A stretch of 64,000 nucleotides of DNA from assembly GCA_947460235.1 (NCBI GenBank), contig CANHGK010000008.1, forward strand, positions 13,453 through 77,452, written 5' to 3'. Each line of letters begins with the position of its first letter. The stretch's first letter is position 1. Both the position numbers and the translations under genes were made by a program. Under the pieces are notes generated by a model. That model saw only the letters and a list, made by a program, of their open reading frames with translations. It was not told the DNA's origin and searched no databases. Origin of the DNA: Paenibacillaceae bacterium (GTDB taxonomy: Bacteria; Bacillota; Bacilli; Paenibacillales; CANHGK01). Below, one piece after another: positions 17,911 through 29,073 of the stretch.

Positions 17911-18702
17911 TTAGACAACTTGATTATCATCTAAGAATGGTTTGTTTGCATAGAAATACATCCACGCCATCAAGATCGTTCCGCCGACCAAATTGCCGAG
18001 CGTGACCGGAACTAAATTGTGGACCACACCAGCAAATGCAATCGTGTCCGGATGTTCGTGAATGAGCGCGATGGCAAATGTACACATGTTTGCGATGCTG
18101 TGCTCATACCCCGAAATAAAGAAACAGAAAACGAGTAATATCATCGTAAAAATTTTTGGTCCATCTCCTCTGATTGACATCGGTAGAAAGAACGCCATAC
18201 ATACAAGCCAATTACACAAGATGCCACGAAAAAATAATTCGGTCGTCCCAACATGCATTTTTTTATCGACGACACTGAGTAAAAAACCGTTAACTGAATG
18301 ATCGTTAAACAATCCAGTTGCATAAATTAGCGCTGCAAATACGAGTGCACCAAGAATATTGCCGAGATAACTGAATAACCAAAGTTTTGTTACATCCAGC
18401 CATTTTAACTTTTTTCGCAAACCTGCATACGTAAAATAGAACGTATCTCCGGTGAACAAATCGCCACCTCCATATGCAATCAGCAATATCGCCGCTCCAA
18501 AGGTTAATGCTGCCATCGGGTACGTTAATGCTGAATGTTCCAAATAAAAAAAGTTTCCCGTTTTGAATGCGACAATAACGCCAAACCCAATAAACATACT
18601 TGCAAGCATTGAACGCGACATATAACGGAACATACTTTGCTTGAATATTTTCTGTTTCTTAAGCGCAAGGGTTTCGACTTCGATTAGTGCTTCGGTTTCC
18701 AT
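17911..18702 (-). CDS. formate/nitrite transporter (FNT) family channel
   Basis: GGDLFTG and GNLVGG motifs. ATG 18702 follows a GGAAGGA RBS. Confidence 0.65.
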   Translation of the reverse strand: METEALIEVETLALKKQKIFKQSMFRYMSRSMLASMFIGFGVIVAFKTGNFFYLEHSALTYPMAALTFGAAILLIAYGGGDLFTGDTFYFTYAGLRKKLKWLDVTKLWLFSYLGNILGALVFAALIYATGLFNDHSVNGFLLSVVDKKMHVGTTELFFRGILCNWLVCMAFFLPMSIRGDGPKIFTMILLVFCFFISGYEHSIANMCTFAIALIHEHPDTIAFAGVVHNLVPVTLGNLVGGTILMAWMYFYANKPFLDDNQVV

Positions 18703-18857
18703 AAGATTGTATCCTTCCAAAAAAAGAATGATCATTCATTTAATATAACAATTGATATCGTTTGGTTTAAGTGATGTCGGTCACATTTGTGAAAATAAAA
18801 ACACCGAGCTCAGTTAAGAGTCTCGGCGCATTACGTAACATTTATGATTATTTTTGA

Positions 18858-19580
18858 TTACACACCACTGCCAGAAACTGCTGGCGAAGTTGTTGGAGTA
18901 GGAGTCGTTGCTTGAGCGGCTTGCATTTCTTTGAGGTGCTTCACTTTTAATACAAGTTCTTGTTTTTCTGCTGCAATGACGTCTTTTAATGCAGCTGCGA
19001 TGTCTGAGGTTTTGTCCGCTGTGATTGCAGTCGTTAATTTGTCATGCGCAGCCTTTTCTGCGTCAATCGTTGTTTGATCTGGTTGTGTCAGTTTGCTTGG
19101 ATCTGGTCGTGCACCTGAAGTGCGAAGTGCATCCATTTGTGTTTTGAATTCTTTTTCAGCTTTAATCAATGCATCTGCATCTGTTTTTAGTTCAGGGGCA
19201 TATGCGTTTACGAGCAATTGCAAATATTTTTGTTGATGTACTCCGCCGCCAGGACCTCCTATGCCAATCATGCCGCCGTGATCACCGCGACCACCATCAA
19301 ATTTTCCGTCCATCATTTCTTGCCCGCCAGGTCCACCATGACCACCATGACCACCATGACCACCGCGTCCCCCGTGATGACCTCCAGGACCTCCAGGACC
19401 TCCATGTCTGCCAAGGCCGCCAAATCCTTCAAATCCATTTTGATCTTGTTGTTGAGATGTACCAGGTGTTGTCGATGGTGTCGTAGTATTTGCTGTTGCG
19501 AATGCAGCGTAGCCACCGATGCTTGCGCCGAGAACAGCGATAATCGCAATTGTTGAGCTAAGTTTGCTAAGTTTTTTCAT
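18858..19580 (-). CDS. secreted His/Gly-rich protein with C-terminal alpha-helical (DUF2680-like) region
   Basis: Signal peptide. Low-complexity HGGPGGPGGHHGGRGGHGGHGGHGGPGG. GGAGG RBS. Confidence 0.5.
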   Translation of the reverse strand: MKKLSKLSSTIAIIAVLGASIGGYAAFATANTTTPSTTPGTSQQQDQNGFEGFGGLGRHGGPGGPGGHHGGRGGHGGHGGHGGPGGQEMMDGKFDGGRGDHGGMIGIGGPGGGVHQQKYLQLLVNAYAPELKTDADALIKAEKEFKTQMDALRTSGARPDPSKLTQPDQTTIDAEKAAHDKLTTAITADKTSDIAAALKDVIAAEKQELVLKVKHLKEMQAAQATTPTPTTSPAVSGSGV

Positions 19581-19742
19581 TGGAAATTCCTCCTTGGAAT
19601 GGTGACGGGCGATGCCGCCTGTGTTTTTGTTGTTTGTCTTGCTTGTCTATAGAATACCCATAGCTTGTGGGATGAAATCCGACTTGTTATGAAAGATGAT
19701 GAAAGATTATGAGAGGGATTATGGGAAAGTTGTGAAACAAAA

Positions 19743-19780
19743 ATACCGCATCCCCCCGAAGGAGTGATGCGGTATGGATT
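19743..19780 (-). terminator. terminator of aconitase gene
   Basis: ATACCGCATC...GATGCGGTAT 10-bp stem followed by T5 on the minus strand. Confidence 0.55.
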
Positions 19781-19790
19781 GTGAATTGGA

Positions 19791-22502
19791 TTATTTACCG
19801 TTCATGATTTGACGTAATACGGTTTGGAGAATACCACCGTTACGATAGTATTGAACTTCTACGAGGCTATCCAAACGAACGATTGCTTCAAAAGTAAATG
19901 TGCTACCATCCTCACGAGTCACATGAACTGGTAACAATTGACCTGGTTTGACATCGTCATTCAAGCCAGGGAAGTCAAACGTCTCACGGCCTGTTAAACC
20001 AATGGAATTCCAGCTTTCGCCTGCTTTGAAATTGAGCGGCAATACACCCATACCAACCAAGTTGGAACGGTGAATACGCTCGAACGATTCGGTAATTACG
20101 GCTTTCACGCCGAGCAAGAATGTACCTTTCGCTGCCCAGTCACGGGAGGAACCTGTACCATATTCTTTACCGCCAAGAATGACAAGCGGTGTGTTCGTTG
20201 TTTTGTATTGCATCGCTGCATCGTAAATTGACATGACTTCGCCAGTTGGCAAGTATGTCGTAACGCCGCCCTCCGTGCCAGGAGCCATAAGGTTACGAAT
20301 ACGGATGTTCGCGAATGTTCCGCGCATCATGACATCGTGACTTCCGCGGCGTGCGCCGTAGGAGTTGAAGTCTTCGCGAGCAACACCTTTGCCATTCAAA
20401 TACGTTCCTGCAGGTGATTTCGGTGAAATGTTACCCGCTGGGGAGATATGGTCCGTCGTAATCGAATCGCCGAGAACCGCTAATGCTTTTGCACCGTTGA
20501 TGGATTCGATTGGGCTTGGCGCTGGCGCCAAGTTCTCGAAGAACGGAGGCTCTTGGATATAAGTGGATTCGGAGTTCCACTCATACAATTTGCCTGAAGG
20601 GATCTCGATTTCGTTCCAACGTTGGTTGCCACTAAATACGAATTCATATTGTGTTTTATATAATTCAGGACCCATTGCGGATTGGATCGCATCAGCTACT
20701 TCTTTGGATGTAGGCCAGATGTCTTTCAAGTAAACTGCATTACCTTCTTTGTCTGTACCAATTGGTTCGTTTGCGAAGTCGATTTCAACGGTGCCTGCAA
20801 TTGCATATGCAACGACAAGTGGAGGTGATGCAAGATAGTTCGCTTTCACTTGAGCATGAACGCGGCCTTCGAAGTTACGGTTACCGGAAAGAACTGCTGC
20901 AACCGTCAAATCACCATCCGAGATTGCTTGACCAACTTCATCTGGCAATGGACCAGAGTTACCAATACACGTTGCGCATCCGTAACCAGCTACGTGGAAA
21001 CCGAGTGCTTCAAGTGATTCTAATACGTCAGCATTCTTCAAGTATTCGGTAACAACGCGTGAACCTGGCGTTAAACTGGATTTCACGTAAGCAGGTTTCG
21101 TCAAGCCTTTCGCGACCGCTTTCTTCGCAATTAAGCCGGCACCTAGCATAACGCTAGGGTTCGATGTATTCGTACATGATGTGATTGCCGCGATGACAAC
21201 TGCACCATTCTTCATTTGTTCTTCTTCGCGCTCTGCGATCGCAACGCCAACGGATTGGTTCATTTTCTCTTCAGAGAGACCATAACCGCCTTTGTCCACG
21301 GATTTACGTGCGATTTCTTGGAATGAAGCTTTAACGTTCGTAAGTTCTACACGGTCTTGAGGACGTTTCGGACCTGCAAGGCTTGGAACAACTGTGGATA
21401 GATCAAGTTCAACCAATTCTGTAAAAATAGGGTCCGGTGTTTCGTCCGTACGGAACAAACCTTGTGCTTTATAGTAGGACTCAACGAGCGCGATTTGTGC
21501 TTCGTCGCGGCCTGTTGCATTCAAATAATTGATGGTTTCAGCATCTACAGGGAAGAAGCCAACGGTCGCGCCATATTCAGGAGCCATGTTCGCAACCGTA
21601 GCACGGTCAGCCAAACTGATGTTGGATAAGCCTGCGCCATAGAACTCAACAAATTTACCTACAACGCCTTTTTTACGAAGTAATTGTGTAATTGTGAGCG
21701 CAAGGTCAGTTGCTGTTGCACCTTCTGCAAGCACACCAGTCAACTTGAAACCGATGACTTCTGGAGTTACGAAATACAGAGGTTGACCAAGCATGCCTGC
21801 TTCAGCCTCGATTCCGCCAACGCCCCAACCAACAACGCCAAGACCGTTGATCATCGTTGTGTGCGAATCTGTTCCGACAAGTGAATCAGGATATACATAC
21901 ATTTCACCACCGACTACTTTGGATGCTGCTACGGAAGCAAGGTACTCCAAATTTACTTGGTGAACGATTCCTGTTGCTGGTGGTACAGCACGGAAATTAT
22001 CAAAGGCAACTTGTGCCCAGCGCAAAAAGCGGTAACGTTCTTCGTTGCGTTGGAACTCAAGATTCATGTTTTGTTCTAGCGCAGTTGGGCTGCCAAACGC
22101 GTCAACCATGACGGAGTGGTCAATAACCAAGTCAACTGGTACAAGCGGATTAATTCGGTCAGGGTTTCCGCCAAGGCGTTGAACCGTTGCGCGCATTGCG
22201 GCAAGGTCAACTACAACCGGTACGCCTGTGAAATCCTGCAAAACAATTCGTGCAGGAATAAAAGGGATTTCTTTGATGTGTTCTTTTGTATTTGCCCAGT
22301 TTGCGATCAAATTCACATGATCTTCTGTGATTGCAAGACCGTCGAATTGTCGGATTGCAGCCTCGAGCAAAACCTTAATTGAAAATGGCAAGTTAGCCGT
22401 TTCCGGATGCTTTGCTGCAAAGTCTGGCAAGCTGTAAAATGCATAGCTTTTGTCGCCGACCGTAAGCGAGCGGCGTGTTGAAAAATCGTCTTGATAAGCC
22501 AT
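19791..22502 (-). CDS. acnA: aconitate hydratase A
   Basis: 903 aa, collinear with Bacillus CitB (MAYQDDF...YSLP...IKVLLE). Aconitase Fe-S ligands are present. GGAGGAGG RBS before the ATG at 22502. Confidence 0.9.
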   Translation of the reverse strand: MAYQDDFSTRRSLTVGDKSYAFYSLPDFAAKHPETANLPFSIKVLLEAAIRQFDGLAITEDHVNLIANWANTKEHIKEIPFIPARIVLQDFTGVPVVVDLAAMRATVQRLGGNPDRINPLVPVDLVIDHSVMVDAFGSPTALEQNMNLEFQRNEERYRFLRWAQVAFDNFRAVPPATGIVHQVNLEYLASVAASKVVGGEMYVYPDSLVGTDSHTTMINGLGVVGWGVGGIEAEAGMLGQPLYFVTPEVIGFKLTGVLAEGATATDLALTITQLLRKKGVVGKFVEFYGAGLSNISLADRATVANMAPEYGATVGFFPVDAETINYLNATGRDEAQIALVESYYKAQGLFRTDETPDPIFTELVELDLSTVVPSLAGPKRPQDRVELTNVKASFQEIARKSVDKGGYGLSEEKMNQSVGVAIAEREEEQMKNGAVVIAAITSCTNTSNPSVMLGAGLIAKKAVAKGLTKPAYVKSSLTPGSRVVTEYLKNADVLESLEALGFHVAGYGCATCIGNSGPLPDEVGQAISDGDLTVAAVLSGNRNFEGRVHAQVKANYLASPPLVVAYAIAGTVEIDFANEPIGTDKEGNAVYLKDIWPTSKEVADAIQSAMGPELYKTQYEFVFSGNQRWNEIEIPSGKLYEWNSESTYIQEPPFFENLAPAPSPIESINGAKALAVLGDSITTDHISPAGNISPKSPAGTYLNGKGVAREDFNSYGARRGSHDVMMRGTFANIRIRNLMAPGTEGGVTTYLPTGEVMSIYDAAMQYKTTNTPLVILGGKEYGTGSSRDWAAKGTFLLGVKAVITESFERIHRSNLVGMGVLPLNFKAGESWNSIGLTGRETFDFPGLNDDVKPGQLLPVHVTREDGSTFTFEAIVRLDSLVEVQYYRNGGILQTVLRQIMNGK

Positions 22503-22711
22503 TCCTAGTTCCTCCTCCAAGTCCATCGTACCATCGGTTCGCATAAATGCACGGATAGCACATTCGCGCATTTCATGCTATTATCCATACTAGTATAGCG
22601 TTTTGGAGGCATCACGACAAGCAAGCATACATGTGCATTTTGTAACATATTCTATTGAGAACGGGAATGAACGCCCTGCCATTAGGTATGGGTGCAGGAG
22701 GAACAATACAT

Positions 22712-23866
22712 ATGACAATTACGAATCAATCAATTCCATTAATCGGCGTTCTTTATGGCGGAAAATCCGGCGAACATGACGTATCGGTCGTCACCGCGTT
22801 TTCAGTTATGAAAGCGAATGATTACAGCAAATATGCAATGCTTCCCATCTATATTACATACGACGGTGTATTCAAAATCGGTCAAGTTTTGAACTCGTTC
22901 CATTACGCAGCTTCGGACGAATTACGAATGGGAGAAACGACAGGTCCTCGTTCGCATCAATTTGACGGACAAATTCAACAAGAGCGTCTTCAATCATTAT
23001 CCGATTTTTTATTGGTATGTAAGAATGAGGGGGTTTCTGTACTTTTCCCACTTTTACATGGCACATATGGTGAAGATGGTGTTATTCAAGGTTTATTCGA
23101 GATGGCACATATTCCATATGTCGGCGCTGGTGTACTCGCATCTGCTTGCGGAATGGATAAAGTGGCAATGAAGCGGATGTTCGCACAGGCGGGATTACCG
23201 AATTGTACATATCGATCATTTTATGCGCATCAATGGCATAATGAATATGAACATTGGGTCACTGAAATCGAAGTCGTGCTTGGATACCCGTGTTTCGTCA
23301 AACCAGCGAATCTTGGTTCTAGCGTTGGCATTGGTAAGGCACGTAATCGTGATGAATTACTTGCGGTCGTAGAAAATGCACTTCGTTTTGATCAACGTAT
23401 TATTGTGGAAGAGTATATCGATGGTCGGGAAATTGAAGTCAGCGTACTTGGCAATGAATATCCGGAAGCATCGTTGCCTGGGGAGATTGTTTCATCGAAT
23501 GACTTTTATGATTACAACGCTAAATATGTGGACGGCAAATCGACAATGCATATTCCTGCGTTGATCAGTGAAGAACAAATCGAACAAATTCGTGCACTTG
23601 CCGTTCAGGCCTACCGAGCGGTGGATGCGAGCGGATTATCACGCGTAGACTTTTTCTTAGTTAAAGAAACAGGGGACTGGTTAGTAAATGAAATTAATAC
23701 AATGCCAGGGTTTACGCCATTTAGTATGTATCCACTCATGTGGCAGGCAACAGGCAAGCCATATGCTGAATTGTTGGATGATTTGATTCGATTAGCGATC
23801 GAACGTTTCGAATCTCGTCATGCAATTTCGTACTCCTTCAATAAAGAAGAGAAGGCGCAGGTGTAA
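22712..23866 (+). CDS. ddl: D-alanine--D-alanine ligase
   Basis: ATP-grasp fold with the N-terminal IGVLYGGKSGEHDVS motif. GGAGG RBS before ATG 22712. Confidence 0.8.
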   Translation: MTITNQSIPLIGVLYGGKSGEHDVSVVTAFSVMKANDYSKYAMLPIYITYDGVFKIGQVLNSFHYAASDELRMGETTGPRSHQFDGQIQQERLQSLSDFLLVCKNEGVSVLFPLLHGTYGEDGVIQGLFEMAHIPYVGAGVLASACGMDKVAMKRMFAQAGLPNCTYRSFYAHQWHNEYEHWVTEIEVVLGYPCFVKPANLGSSVGIGKARNRDELLAVVENALRFDQRIIVEEYIDGREIEVSVLGNEYPEASLPGEIVSSNDFYDYNAKYVDGKSTMHIPALISEEQIEQIRALAVQAYRAVDASGLSRVDFFLVKETGDWLVNEINTMPGFTPFSMYPLMWQATGKPYAELLDDLIRLAIERFESRHAISYSFNKEEKAQV

Positions 23867-23868
23867 TC

Positions 23869-24189
23869 ATGGGGTTTCAAACGGAATTTAATAGTGTATG
23901 TAAATTCAAGTCGATGCAGGAATTATATGATTTGCTTGAGTATGGAAAAGGAAAAATGATCAAAAAAGGATTCCGTGTTTTTCCGACCGGGCAACGTGTG
24001 ATTGCATATTCTCCCGAAAATGTCGCCGTTGCAATTGTTCAAATATTAGCTTCAATTGCTGAAATAAACTTTGCAGGAGAAGAGGTAACACAGGTCGAAA
24101 TGAAACTAGTGAGGAAACTCTCAGAAGAAGAATCTAGAGTACAGACAAATTTGGCCTATGAATGCTTCTTCTCCATCCAACAGGAATAA
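23869..24189 (+). CDS. hypothetical protein
   Basis: 106 aa ORF starting 2 nt after the ddl stop. No recognisable motif. Confidence 0.35.
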   Translation: MGFQTEFNSVCKFKSMQELYDLLEYGKGKMIKKGFRVFPTGQRVIAYSPENVAVAIVQILASIAEINFAGEEVTQVEMKLVRKLSEEESRVQTNLAYECFFSIQQE

Positions 24190-24220
24190 CAAGATCTGTA
24201 TGGTAATCAGGGGGTGTTGA

Positions 24221-24883
24221 TTGTTGGAAATTCAAGATGGGGTTGGCCCGCGTGCGTTGACGATTTATTTTCGTTCGCAGGAACCGAAAGACGTACAACG
24301 TATATCTACGTTTTCGATTTGGATCCGATATCAGGAAGACGGGCGTACTGTAGAGACGTCACAACGGGTTGAGCCCTCAGATGTAAATGGTTATTTGTGG
24401 TGCAAGTGGGATAATCGCCCAAAACAGATCTTTGCAATTGGTGTCCGAAAAGATACAATGGACCCGCGCGTTGCAAATGGTTATGAACAGATGTATTTAA
24501 TCGAGACCGAAGACCAACCCGTGTATTCAATTGCACCTGATGGATTGATTTACGGGATGCCAGCTTCATTTGAACAGTTGGAAGTTGTCATTCATTATCG
24601 ATCAAGCAATCAATTATATTTACATTATTGTACCAACTTCAAGTCATGGACGAGTTTGCCTGGTGAATCATTTACGAACGCGGAAGGTTCCGATGGATAC
24701 CTTCGAATTCGTGTGCCATTACAATTCGATGAGTATATTGCAGGTGCGGCGATTAATGATGGTCGAGGCTGGTGGGACAATAATCGGGGAAGAGATTACA
24801 CATTTTTCCCAGGAGAATATATTATTGAACCATCTGGTATTGTAAGAACAGGTGCTCCGGAAGGCTCAAAACGAAATGCATAG
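24221..24883 (+). CDS. hypothetical protein with two CBM25/26-like (starch-binding-like) modules, no signal peptide
   Basis: Two segments match the LTIYF...W and GWWDNNRGRDYTF pattern of CBM25/26 modules. Start uncertain. Confidence 0.35.
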   Translation: MLEIQDGVGPRALTIYFRSQEPKDVQRISTFSIWIRYQEDGRTVETSQRVEPSDVNGYLWCKWDNRPKQIFAIGVRKDTMDPRVANGYEQMYLIETEDQPVYSIAPDGLIYGMPASFEQLEVVIHYRSSNQLYLHYCTNFKSWTSLPGESFTNAEGSDGYLRIRVPLQFDEYIAGAAINDGRGWWDNNRGRDYTFFPGEYIIEPSGIVRTGAPEGSKRNA

Positions 24884-24889
24884 TAGTAA

Positions 24890-24930
24890 TGAAGATCTGT
24901 ACGTCGCAAAGACGTACAGATCTTTTGTTT
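24890..24930 (+). terminator. rho-independent terminator
   Basis: Perfect 14-bp stem AAGATCTGTACGTC/GACGTACAGATCTT followed by TTGTTTT. Confidence 0.55.
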
Positions 24931-25002
24931 TAGTTGAAGTAATCGTTTGAAGCGATCTAAAAACTGTAGTTCAGAATGAATGGTTACATGCTGCTTGACA
25001 CA

Positions 25003-25040
25003 AAAAAAGATGACTCCCGATGTATTCAGGAGTCAACTCA
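25003..25040 (-). terminator. terminator of PilZ paralog B
   Basis: TGACTCC...GGAGTCA stem followed by T7 on the minus strand. Confidence 0.4.
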
Positions 25041-25067
25041 TGGCAGAACAGGTTTAATTTCAATGGT

Positions 25068-25451
25068 TTATTTGGATTGTTTTTTTGATACAATTTTTTT
25101 CTGCATAAATGTATAAAAGAAATTGAAGTCTTGGTACGAATCATGGTCAAATGAGAATCCATATCCGAATACACCCATTTGGATTGTCGTTTTACGTTGG
25201 ATGGTGCCTTTAAATGCGACACGGCGTTCATCAAGTATGAAAACGACTTCATATAGAACGACTGGGCTGACCGGAAGTTGAGCATTCGATTGAAAGAAAA
25301 TTCCGCCAGTGCTTACATCTTGCACATGTATTGTAATATTGCCCTTGTTTTCTACAGGTTGACCTTGAATTTTACGAATGGTCAAAATCCCTTTAACACT
25401 GATTTCTAACCGCTCATATTTTCGATTTTGGCTTCCGTTTTTCGGTTGCAT
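25068..25451 (-). CDS. PilZ-domain protein, paralog B
   Basis: RxxxR motif (NRKYER) and DxSxGG motif (QDVSTGG). ATG 25451 follows a GGAGG RBS. Confidence 0.6.
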   Translation of the reverse strand: MQPKNGSQNRKYERLEISVKGILTIRKIQGQPVENKGNITIHVQDVSTGGIFFQSNAQLPVSPVVLYEVVFILDERRVAFKGTIQRKTTIQMGVFGYGFSFDHDSYQDFNFFYTFMQKKIVSKKQSK

Positions 25452-25615
25452 TGCATTCGCCTCCGTCCAACTGCAAAAAAATATTTTCACCAATATCTTA
25501 CTACATGTCAATGTTATTTGACTAGTCTAAAATGTATGCGTTTTCAAAAAAATAAAAAAAGGACGTTCGTTCAGTGAAATACGAATTTCATGAACAAAAC
25601 GTCGAAGATTTACGA

Positions 25616-26035
25616 TTATTTACCTAAAAGTCCTTTGTGCGCACTATAATCGATATGTTCTTGGTCCAAAAAGCTGCGTAGCCACTTATGATCGCGTTTT
25701 GGCGTTGCTAAAATATAGCCTTTGACGCAGTCGTCTATCGTAACAGAAGTTGCATTACGCTCGAGTGCGATTTGACCAATCTTGGCAGCGATCGTATGTC
25801 GCCCAATATCTCGGAATGGTCCTGGTATTGGTGAAACGAGACGTTCGAGCATCGCTTTGGATTCGTTGTTCCACAAGGGGCGTGACGTTTCTACATAGTA
25901 ATTTTGCCAGTCCAACTTTGACTTGCCATCCGCCATCGGAAATACTTTGAAAAATTTACGGAACATGAAGTAACCGCCGACACTCATGAAGAACATTAGA
26001 AATGATCCCCAAATCGCCACGACTAGACTGTTCAT
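25616..26035 (-). CDS. hypothetical membrane-anchored protein
   Basis: 139 aa with one N-terminal TM. Hairpin plus T-run terminator downstream on the minus strand. Confidence 0.35.
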   Translation of the reverse strand: MNSLVVAIWGSFLMFFMSVGGYFMFRKFFKVFPMADGKSKLDWQNYYVETSRPLWNNESKAMLERLVSPIPGPFRDIGRHTIAAKIGQIALERNATSVTIDDCVKGYILATPKRDHKWLRSFLDQEHIDYSAHKGLLGK

Positions 26036-26087
26036 TGTTTCATCACATGCCTTTCAAAAAAGTATCCATACAATCATTATACTACGA

Positions 26088-26810
26088 TCATTTTGCTTTC
26101 ACATCTTTTGGTGGATTGAGAAATGTTTCGATGCCTTCTGCGATACCGCTGGCTAGCAAGATCTGATACGCTTCATCGTTTAGCAATTGATCTTCGTCAG
26201 AATTGCTGAGGAATCCGGTTTCGATGAGCGCGACAGGGACGTTAGACCAGTTAAAGCCAGTAAGGTCGGATCTGGTGGAAACGCCAAGCGAGGTGGCGCC
26301 AGTCGCTTGGATTGTACGATCTAATACATATTGTGCAATCTTGCGACTTGATTCCGCGAGTTGTTTATTATGGATGGCAGAAGTAGCAGGATACAATAAA
26401 CGAATGCCATGCATCTTTTGGTTTGTTGAACTATCAGCGTGGATTCGAATGACGGCCTCTGCATGGGCATCATTACAAATGGTTGCTCGTTGTTTATTGC
26501 TGATTTTGACATTGTGTGTTTCCCGTGTCATAACTACGTTGATGTTTTGTTTGATGAGTTGCGATTGTACGAGCTTGGCGATGGCTAATGTGATTTTGAA
26601 TTCGGGCACATGTGAGTTCCTGCCAGTTGCACCAGATGTGACGCTTGCTTTTTTGATCTTGGTAAAAGGACTGTTCGCTTCCTTGGTTGGGTCACCGTGT
26701 AATTGATGGCCTGCATCAATACAGACGGTTCGTTGTTTGGTGGTAGAGGCGAATGTTGTTTCGGTAGCTATAATGCTGAACATGATCACGAAAATGAGCA
26801 AGGTGCGCAT
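26088..26810 (-). CDS. N-acetylmuramoyl-L-alanine amidase, Amidase_3 family (CwlD-like)
   Basis: Signal peptide and Amidase_3 blocks (CIDAGHQ, ADAVIRIHADSS). Confidence 0.7.
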   Translation of the reverse strand: MRTLLIFVIMFSIIATETTFASTTKQRTVCIDAGHQLHGDPTKEANSPFTKIKKASVTSGATGRNSHVPEFKITLAIAKLVQSQLIKQNINVVMTRETHNVKISNKQRATICNDAHAEAVIRIHADSSTNQKMHGIRLLYPATSAIHNKQLAESSRKIAQYVLDRTIQATGATSLGVSTRSDLTGFNWSNVPVALIETGFLSNSDEDQLLNDEAYQILLASGIAEGIETFLNPPKDVKAK

Positions 26811-26939
26811 GGTGATAACCCCGTTATAAAAAAGATTTTCAAGCATCATAACACGGCAAAGCGATTCACTCAAACGGTAATTGCCCAATCAGGGACAATC
26901 GCCTACAATAGGATGGAATGAAAAGGAGTGACAACGCAA

Positions 26940-28079
26940 ATGTTGAAGATTGGTTCACATGTTTCGTTTTCGGAAAAAGGATTGCTTGGAGCGACGGAAG
27001 AAGCAATCTCATACAATTCAGGCACGTTTATGATTTATACCGGCGCACCGCAAAATACGAAACGGCGTCCGATGGAAGACTTTTTTGTTCCAGAAGGTTT
27101 AGCAAAAATGCAATCGGCAGGAATTGGCGAGATCATCGTTCATGCTCCATATATTATTAATCTAGCTTCCTATAAAGCAGATACGTTTCAACTTGCTGTT
27201 GATTTCTTACGATCCGAAATCGAACGGACAGCATTTATGGGCGTAAAACAAATTGTGTTGCATCCGGGTGCCTTTACGGATAAAGATGCGGAGTACGGAA
27301 TCGCTCGCATTGCAGAAGGGTTGAATGAGGTGCTTTCTGCATCAAATCCGACTGTAAATATTGCGATGGAGACGATGGCCGGTAAAGGTACAGAGATTGG
27401 TCGCTCATTTGAAGAGCTGGCAGCGATTATCGATAAAGTTAACCATAATGACCGATTAACGATTTGTTTAGATACATGCCACGTACACGATGCAGGCTAT
27501 GATCTTGTGAATGACTTAGATGGAGTCATCGAACATTTTGATCGGACAATTGGATTGAACCGTTTGGCGGTTCTGCATCTTAATGACAGCAAAAATCCTC
27601 GAGGCGCATCGAAAGACAGGCATGCTCCGATTGGTGCAGGATATATTGGATATGAGGCAATGCGAAGTGTTGTGTCGCATGAAAAGTTGGCCCATCTTCC
27701 AATGATTTTGGAGACCCCTTGGATTGGCGAACGAACAGATAAAGTAGAGCGCCCGATGTATGAAGTGGAAATCGCGTTGTTGCAAGGTGGTCATGCGCTC
27801 GAGCAACGCATGGGCGCGGCGTTTATGGAAGATGTTGAGAAGCTGGGACATTTTTTTCGAGGTGAATCGATCGACCCTCGTGAGACGGTGCTTCGTGTGT
27901 GGGAATCGATTCGTAGCGCAGTTAAACCCAAAAAAGGCGAGCCTGCACTAGACAAACGTGAACCAATGGAGCGTTTATATGATCAAATCATTGAAGCGGG
28001 CGTATTCAGCGGGTTGTCAGAAGAACAAATTAATCAACGGTTAACGGCATGGTTTTCGAAGGCTGCAAAACAAAGTTGA
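26940..28079 (+). CDS. nfo: endonuclease IV (Nfo) with ~95-aa C-terminal extension
   Basis: AP-endonuclease family 2 motifs ([22 protein letters not shown]). AAAGGAG RBS before ATG 26940. Confidence 0.75.
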   Translation: MLKIGSHVSFSEKGLLGATEEAISYNSGTFMIYTGAPQNTKRRPMEDFFVPEGLAKMQSAGIGEIIVHAPYIINLASYKADTFQLAVDFLRSEIERTAFMGVKQIVLHPGAFTDKDAEYGIARIAEGLNEVLSASNPTVNIAMETMAGKGTEIGRSFEELAAIIDKVNHNDRLTICLDTCHVHDAGYDLVNDLDGVIEHFDRTIGLNRLAVLHLNDSKNPRGASKDRHAPIGAGYIGYEAMRSVVSHEKLAHLPMILETPWIGERTDKVERPMYEVEIALLQGGHALEQRMGAAFMEDVEKLGHFFRGESIDPRETVLRVWESIRSAVKPKKGEPALDKREPMERLYDQIIEAGVFSGLSEEQINQRLTAWFSKAAKQS

Positions 28080-28094
28080 TGTTGGGGGTTGTGA

Positions 28095-28997
28095 ATGGAG
28101 ACGCATGGTTTTACATTTTTGGCGCATGGCAATACTCCGCTAGCCAACCGGCTGCGCTTGTTAATTAGTTGTCCCGACCGGCCAGGGATTGTGGCAGCAG
28201 TATCAAGATTTTTGGCGGATCATGAGGCGAATATCGTGGCGTCCGACCAATATACGATGGACCCAGATGGTGGATTGTTTTATTTGCGGATGGAGTTTGA
28301 CGTTCCGAATTTATTGGAAGCTGCGCCGAGAATCGAACAAGATTTCGTTCGTATTGCTGCGGAGTTTCAAATGGAATATCAACTCAATCCGGCGGCGAAA
28401 AAGAAGCGGATCGCGATTTTCGTGTCCAAAGAAGATCATTGTTTGCTAGAGTTACTCTGGCAATGGCGTTCTGGTGCGTTTTTTGCGGATATAGCAATGG
28501 TTATCGGGAACCATCCTGATTTGAGACAGCATGCGGAGTCCTTTGACATTCCATACCATCATGTGCCGGTCACGCCCGAGTTAAAAGCAGATGTAGAACG
28601 AACGCATCTTCAATTGTTGAAAGACGCAAACGTGGATTTGGTGATATTGGCCCGTTATATGCAGATTATTTCACCATCTTTTATACAGCAATATCATAAC
28701 CGAATCATAAATATTCATCATTCCTTTTTACCGGCATTTGTGGGAGGAAACCCATATAAACAAGCGTATCACCGCGGGGTCAAAATTATCGGAGCGACGG
28801 CGCATTATGTGACTGAGGAACTCGATGCAGGACCGATCATCGAACAAGATGTTCAACGAGTGAATCACAAGAATGATATCGACTCACTGAAGCGAATTGG
28901 TGGGATGATCGAGCGCGCGGTGCTTGCACGTGCGGTTGGATGGCATTTGGAAGACCGCATCCTTGTGCATGGCAATAAAACCGTCGTATTTACGTAA
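28095..28997 (+). CDS. purU: formyltetrahydrofolate deformylase
   Basis: N-terminal ACT domain (LLISCPDRPGIVAAVSRFL) plus a formyl-transferase domain. Confidence 0.85.
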   Translation: METHGFTFLAHGNTPLANRLRLLISCPDRPGIVAAVSRFLADHEANIVASDQYTMDPDGGLFYLRMEFDVPNLLEAAPRIEQDFVRIAAEFQMEYQLNPAAKKKRIAIFVSKEDHCLLELLWQWRSGAFFADIAMVIGNHPDLRQHAESFDIPYHHVPVTPELKADVERTHLQLLKDANVDLVILARYMQIISPSFIQQYHNRIINIHHSFLPAFVGGNPYKQAYHRGVKIIGATAHYVTEELDAGPIIEQDVQRVNHKNDIDSLKRIGGMIERAVLARAVGWHLEDRILVHGNKTVVFT

Positions 28998-29073
28998 TTT
29001 TTGCAGTTGTGAATCCGTACTTGAATTGTGATAGAATAGGCATATTGAATGAGAACTGGGAGGAATTATTTTC

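Noticed and set aside
18062-18323. Small ORFs on both strands inside the FNT channel gene
   Set aside because: Embedded in a CDS with conserved FNT motifs. Shadow ORFs.
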